DNA of 64,000 nt from Candidatus Lloydbacteria bacterium RIFCSPHIGHO2_02_FULL_50_18. GTDB lineage: Bacteria; Patescibacteriota; Minisyncoccia; Phycocordibacterales; UBA6899. This document shows positions 59,540 to 64,000 of the stretch, in pieces (within the stretch, counting starts at the first letter, position 1; each line of letters starts with the position of its first letter). The DNA is taken from assembly GCA_001821395.1 (NCBI GenBank), contig MHLM01000001.1, positions 144,021-208,020 on the forward strand, read 5' to 3'. A model generated the notes under the pieces. That model did no database searches and was not told the origin of the DNA. It was given only the letters and a program-made list of their open reading frames with translations. The position numbers and the translations under genes are program-made.

Positions 59540-61348
59540 TTACGCAATGCGTTTTCGGAGCACCATAACCGAAACGAACATGAACATACCGACTGCAAAG
59601 AGCGGCAATGCAAGTCCGTTATCTGTTCCGGCATAACCCGTGTTTGGTAACATCGGAGTAGCAGCGACAACGACCGTCGCGAGCGCAATGTCTCTTGCCG
59701 TCAAGCCATTGGCATCACCCTCGGCAATGACCGTATTGGTCGTGGTCTCTGTCATCATCATACTGCACGTGTAGACCCAGGTCTCGGTGGGATCAAGCTT
59801 TGAATCGCCATTCGTATCACCGTAGACAAATCTCACCGCGTTGCACTTGTCATCAGTAAGGCGAACATTGCTGAGTGCAACTGTTCCCGGATTCGTCACT
59901 GTTTTGGTATACGCAACGATCCCTCCTCCCGCGCGAAGTGCGAGCGGACTCGGAACCTTTGTCACATGGATCAATGGGGGCACGACGGGCAAACCGACGA
60001 CGACTGTCGCACGTGCGATGTCGACCGCGGAGATACCGTTAGCCCATCCGGTCGCGGTAACAATGTTCGTGTGAGTTTCCGAGATCACACTGGAACACGT
60101 ATGGACCCACGTTTCATTCAGGTCAAGCTTACTATCGTTGTTGGTGTCACCTGAAACTAGCACGATAGGACTACAGGTATCGCCGACCATCGTGATATTC
60201 TCGACGGGCACAATTCCGATATTACGAAGTGTGTAGGTGTACGTGACCAAGCCTGGGCCACCGGGTAACGACAAGGGGCTCGCGACCTTGATAACGTCCA
60301 TAAGCGGCGGAACGAGCGGGACGATAGGTGCGGCGATGTCGTTATTCGTGATGATACAGAACTTATTATCACCAGGATTAAGACTTACGCCTCCTTGAAG
60401 GTCACAATCGCCTGAGAACGTACGCGTGTATTTGGTAAGGTCGACTGTTTCAGTGACCTTGTACGCAAGCGCAGGCGCAGGGAATGTGTTGGTCACCCCG
60501 GAGAGGACCGACGCACCGTTAACGAACAACGGGAAATCGGAGATCTTCTTGGTTCCTCCGCCGTCATTCACGACATGCTTCACGACCGTGATCGTTGCAG
60601 GCTGCTTGGAGGACACCGGCACTACAGCACCGGTAGCACATCCGGAAATATTGGTCACACCGCCCGTCGACAAGGTTCCAGTGAGCGCCATCATGCGACC
60701 GACAACCGTTGCACCGGTCAAGAGAGACACATTGCTATTTGCAATAAGCGTCCCCACAAACTGTGTGCCTGGAGATCCTTGTATCGTAGCGTCTCGATCG
60801 ATCTGCCAATAGACGTTGCAGGCATTGACGCCGGCACCCAAAACAACCGTAGCGGCGTTAGTGAATGTAAGGTCGTTATTGATCTGGAAGATCCAAACAT
60901 CCGTAGGGCTTCCGTTCAAGGTAAGCGTCGTATTGATCGTTGCGTCGCCGGAGCGAATATATAGGCCCGGGGCCGGAGTCATGTCCGGAGGAGAAGCAGG
61001 GTCCCACGTCGTTCCAAGAGGTTGATTCGTAGGATTCATACTTGTCCATGCAGCCGTCGCATCGGTCTTTGCAGTTCCCGACAGTCCGCCTGTCCCAAAA
61101 TAGCTTGAACCCCCAACTGTCCAAGGACCGCTGGCTGAAAGACCCGGGTTGACACCGAGGTCACCGGAGACCGTGGCTCCGGAACCGTCGGCAGTCATTG
61201 CCGAACCACCGAAGACAGAGAAACTTGCCGCCGTACCGAGGTTCGGTGCGACCGCAACCGTCGCGAACGCAACACTGGGACCGGTAAAACCGAGAGCCAA
61301 GGAGGCAACGAAGGCTGTTGTTATCGAAACTTTATTAAAAATTTTCAT
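59540..61348 (-). CDS. Sortase-anchored surface protein. Signal peptide, DUF3494 (ice-binding-like beta-helix) domain (LGTAASFSVFGGSAMT ... GDLGVNPG), two DUF11-like repeat domains, C-terminal LPNTG sorting signal with TM and RKR tail.
   Basis: LPNTG plus hydrophobic segment plus basic tail; internal ~110-aa duplication. Confidence 0.7.
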   Translation of the reverse strand: MKIFNKVSITTAFVASLALGFTGPSVAFATVAVAPNLGTAASFSVFGGSAMTADGSGATVSGDLGVNPGLSASGPWTVGGSSYFGTGGLSGTAKTDATAAWTSMNPTNQPLGTTWDPASPPDMTPAPGLYIRSGDATINTTLTLNGSPTDVWIFQINNDLTFTNAATVVLGAGVNACNVYWQIDRDATIQGSPGTQFVGTLIANSNVSLLTGATVVGRMMALTGTLSTGGVTNISGCATGAVVPVSSKQPATITVVKHVVNDGGGTKKISDFPLFVNGASVLSGVTNTFPAPALAYKVTETVDLTKYTRTFSGDCDLQGGVSLNPGDNKFCIITNNDIAAPIVPLVPPLMDVIKVASPLSLPGGPGLVTYTYTLRNIGIVPVENITMVGDTCSPIVLVSGDTNNDSKLDLNETWVHTCSSVISETHTNIVTATGWANGISAVDIARATVVVGLPVVPPLIHVTKVPSPLALRAGGGIVAYTKTVTNPGTVALSNVRLTDDKCNAVRFVYGDTNGDSKLDPTETWVYTCSMMMTETTTNTVIAEGDANGLTARDIALATVVVAATPMLPNTGYAGTDNGLALPLFAVGMFMFVSVMVLRKRIA

Positions 61349-61488
61349 CTTATTTATTGCTAATCTTTTAAGACCATTAATTACTATATTTTACAAGCAT
61401 CTACAAAGAGGCACAAGGCTGATGTGCACAGCAGTGATAGCTGCTATAAAAAACGGAAACCTTTTATAGTTCCCGTTTTTAATGTGAG

Positions 61489-62742
61489 CTATTGATAATG
61501 TGCACTAATATAGGCACGAGTTATCGGTCCAAAATTCCCCAAAGGCGGAGTGATTCCTGCCTGAGCTTGGAATTCTGCAAGTGCTGCGCGGGTAAGGGAG
61601 CCAAAATACGTCGTTGCACCATTTTTTCCAAGTGCTTGTGCCGCCGGACCCTTTCCTTCTGAGATCAGGAATTGCTGAAGTGCGGTGACACTGGTCCCCC
61701 TACTCCCTTCATTGAGACTTATCGCAATCGCGCGCACTTGCTGTCCAAAAGCCGAAGCTGAGGCCCCCTGCTGTGCAGCCTGCGCCGCCTTGAGTGTTCG
61801 CAAGGTTGCCTGCAGTTCGACAAGTCGAGCCTGTAAGGCAATCAGATTTGCACTCGGTGCGACCGACGTAGTCGACGTCTGTGCTTGTGTCGATACTGTT
61901 TGTCCGGCACTCGAAGAAGTGACGGTCGGTGTCGATACAGGCGTCACTACGGGTGTCGGCGTCACGACCGGAGCGACAATCGCTGCGGAAGTTGGCATGA
62001 CAACGGTGTTTGCATCAAGCGTGACTGCCGACTGTGCCAATGCGCGGCCGTTCAATTGGGCGCCGGTATTGAGTACGATTGCCGTCTGATCCAAGATATT
62101 ACCGTTCATGACCGCGGTTGTATTGATGGTCGTCTGTCCGGCAACAACCCAGAAAATATTATTTGCCTGCGCACCTCCGGCGAGGATGATCTTCGCACCG
62201 GAGCTGATGTCGAGGTTCTGTGCGACCTGAAAGATCCAGATACCGTTTGCCGAACCCGAAAGCGTCACATCGGTGGGAATCGTCAGCCCAGTACCCCATT
62301 TATAGACGCCGGCAGGAAGGGTAAGTCCGCCAATGTTTCCCGCGCCAAGTTCAGTAACCGTAGGCGCACGCCCCGCGGCGTCAGTATATGCGTTTTGCAT
62401 GTCGAGTATCGCGGTGGTGAGATTTGCAGGAGTTGGGTCCGCATAGCTCGGTGCATATACTTTTCCGGTCACTAATGCTGATGTAGAAAACGCACTCGCT
62501 GCAGGAAGCGTTAAATCGAATCCGGTAATATACGTCGCAGCCGCCGGACTAACACCAATGTCACCGACAACGGCGGTAGTCCCCGTTGTTGAGATCCCTG
62601 TTTTTGCAAGGATCACGAAATTGCCTGCTGATCCGAGATTTACCGTTCCACCCTCGACCGCTAATGCGATCTGCCCGGTAAGACCGAGCGCTGCAGAGAC
62701 AAGCAGCGTCGCAAACATTGAATACTTATTGAATTTCTTCAT
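61489..62742 (-). CDS. Secreted DUF3494 (ice-binding-like) protein with a C-terminal peptidoglycan-binding domain (ALQQFLISEG ... FGSLTRAALAEFQ).
   Basis: Paralogous N-terminal domain to 59540-61348; PGBD motif. Confidence 0.65.
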   Translation of the reverse strand: MKKFNKYSMFATLLVSAALGLTGQIALAVEGGTVNLGSAGNFVILAKTGISTTGTTAVVGDIGVSPAAATYITGFDLTLPAASAFSTSALVTGKVYAPSYADPTPANLTTAILDMQNAYTDAAGRAPTVTELGAGNIGGLTLPAGVYKWGTGLTIPTDVTLSGSANGIWIFQVAQNLDISSGAKIILAGGAQANNIFWVVAGQTTINTTAVMNGNILDQTAIVLNTGAQLNGRALAQSAVTLDANTVVMPTSAAIVAPVVTPTPVVTPVSTPTVTSSSAGQTVSTQAQTSTTSVAPSANLIALQARLVELQATLRTLKAAQAAQQGASASAFGQQVRAIAISLNEGSRGTSVTALQQFLISEGKGPAAQALGKNGATTYFGSLTRAALAEFQAQAGITPPLGNFGPITRAYISAHYQ

Positions 62743-63229
62743 AGCTATTATTTATTTATTGATAACTTGTTAATTTAACTTACTGACCCCTTAGGGTGCG
62801 GGTCACGTGATATATACGCGATGCGTGTAATGATCCACGGATCAAATTCAACGATGATAACAAGCATGGTCGACAGCCATCCTTGCACTTCGATAATAGT
62901 AACATACTTATTCTCCAATAAGTTAATGCTATGCTTTAAAGCTACTATACTTTATTTATATCATTCCCCAGCCTATCAAACGAACAGATTTTAAGGCCTC
63001 CACGATGATCAGGTCATTGATTATTACAAATAAATGTTTATGCTGTCCGGCGATCTCCCCAACATTCGCGTTGCAGGCATCCGTATAAACAATGGAGCCT
63101 CGCGCACCTTGCGCAATATCATTCATATGTGACAAATATATTGACAGGGTCGTCGCGATTGGTGATGACGATGGGTGCATGGTCCGACATCATTCCGCTC
63201 AACAAAATAACCGCCTAAAGCGGTATTTT

Positions 63230-63434
63230 GTACGAGCGGAGATGAGAGGATATTCGGTCACAGGTTACTAAGCCTTTTAGCGCAAAGCCTACTAAAAGTC
63301 TAAGTATCTTCGACCCCGACTCGGCGACAATACTTTTCAAAACTAAAGTATCGTAAACCGCCTCCGTCTTTCGAATCCTCTCATCTCTCGCAGTGATAAA
63401 TTAAAAAAGACCTTACGGTCTTTTTTAAACCACC
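63230..63434 (-). repeat. tRNA-Ser-linked element. Terminator aaaaaagaccttacggtctttttt. Unsplit mirror tttcgaatcctctcatctctcgcag. Core GCCGAGTCGGGGTCGAAG ... CCTGTGACC. Direct copy gaatatcctctcatctccgc (63238-63258).
   Basis: Read directly from the sequence. Confidence 0.6.
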
Positions 63435-63436
63435 TG

Positions 63437-63523
63437 CGGAGATGAGAGGATTCGAACCTCTGGTGGGGTTACCCCCACGGCAGTTTTCGAAACTGCTGCC
63501 TTCAACCGCTCAGCCACATCTCC
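63437..63523 (-). tRNA. tRNA-Ser(CGA), type II.
   Basis: Hand-folded. Loop uuCGAaa, long variable arm cgtgggggtaaccccacc, T-arm agagg-ttcgaat-cctct. Confidence 0.8.
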
Positions 63524-63607
63524 AATGTGTCCTAGATTCGAGCGATTGGCAAAATCTACCATATCTATCTAGATTTTTCCAGACATTGTGCTAGTATGTG
63601 ACGCATC

Positions 63608-63679
63608 GGCCTCATCGTCTAACGGTTAGGACAGCACCCTTTCACGGTGTAGATCCGGGTTCGATTCCCGGTGAGGTCA
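63608..63679 (+). tRNA. tRNA-Glu(TTC).
   Basis: Hand-folded. Loop cuUUCac, T-arm ccggg-ttcgatt-cccgg. Confidence 0.75.
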
Positions 63680-63860
63680 CTAGTACAAATATGAGCACTC
63701 GTCGAGAGTGCCTTTTTGTCTGTGACCCCAAGTGAGTAAGCTACTTTGCTCACGTCAGATAATCGAAGCCTTTTCCATTATTTGTGAAGGATTCCTATCC
63801 TGAATAAATTGGAAAACGGGTACTGCTCCTATAGGGAGAGATTCTCTGTTGATTCTAGTG
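63680..63860 (+). repeat. tRNA-linked element. Terminator gagcactc-gtcgag-agtgc. Mirror tgtgacc[ccaagtgagtaagctactttgctcac]gtcagataatcgaagcc. Core GGATTCCTATCCTGAATAAATTGGAAAACGGGTACTGCTCCTATAGGGAGAG.
   Basis: Read directly from the sequence. Confidence 0.55.
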
Positions 63861-64000
63861 AAAAGTTTTTGAAATTCTCTGCACCACAAAATTTGCTAAA
63901 TAACGTACTAACTTAAATTCTAACCTGAATTGCAACAAGGAATTATTGGCGCGCTGTCAATAAAACAACATACCCGTCGGGATATACTGGGAGTGCTTTA

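Noticed and set aside
5697-63400. Mirror copies as retroelement primer-binding sites complementary to mature tRNA 3' ends
   Set aside because: The mirrors complement the genomic trailers (aca, caa) rather than CCA. They are nearly always paired with same-locus direct copies, which points to DNA-level duplication.
5664-63860. Hammerhead-type self-cleaving ribozyme within the conserved CTGA...GAAA-containing element cores
   Set aside because: The CUGANGA and GAAA core positions are not satisfied (ctgaata, ctgagaa); nor is the three-helix arrangement.

Overview
This 64-kb window is a gene-dense, AT-rich bacterial chromosome segment. Many proteins are compact versions of their usual forms (IF-2 501 aa, S1 374 aa, Rel 490 aa), the envelope is Gram-positive-type (sortase with LPNTG substrate, peptidoglycan-binding domains), and small membrane proteins are numerous. 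Together these suggest a reduced-genome lineage such as Patescibacteria/CPR; that placement is inference only.

Housekeeping genes I can support: topA, rel (RelA/SpoT homolog), parB, cdd, peroxiredoxin, miaA, rpmG (missed by the >=60-aa ORF track), alr, clpB, sod, cysteine desulfurase, infB-rbfA, gyrA, rpsA, pth, lepB, hisS, rpsU-ybeY, ftsA-ftsZ, trxB, a C-terminal processing protease, and a cell-wall amidase. There are 11 tRNA genes plus one 5' tRNA-Leu fragment. Two RelE/ParE-type toxin-antitoxin pairs are paralogous.

Three things stand out:

1. A family of short (about 130-350 bp), ORF-free, hairpin-rich elements follows the 3' end of nearly every tRNA gene and also the 3' end of topA. Each locus holds a terminator hairpin, an inverted (mirror) copy of the last ~25 nt of the adjacent gene (in most loci split by an extra hairpin), a conserved core (two motif types, listed in the findings), and a diverged direct copy of the gene 3' end. 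At topA the downstream duplicate differs from the in-gene copy almost only by synonymous changes. That is the pattern left by a site-specific integrative element, not a transposon target-site duplication.

2. The tRNA cluster is followed by a surface-structure island. It holds a giant LamG/Ig-like surface protein with a C-terminal peptidoglycan-binding domain, split by an A8 homopolymer frameshift. Next come two multi-TM proteins behind a near-consensus sigma70 promoter, then a tandem array of eight paralogous small proteins (signal peptide plus two TM helices, VirB2/TrbC-pilin-like). No ATPase is present in the window.

3. A sortase sits next to two paralogous DUF3494 (ice-binding-like beta-helix) surface proteins. 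One is anchored by LPNTG, the other by a peptidoglycan-binding domain.

Other points: a GC-rich ORF-free island likely encodes a structured RNA, and two small zinc-ribbon ORFs share an upstream 15-mer. No CRISPR array or rRNA is present.
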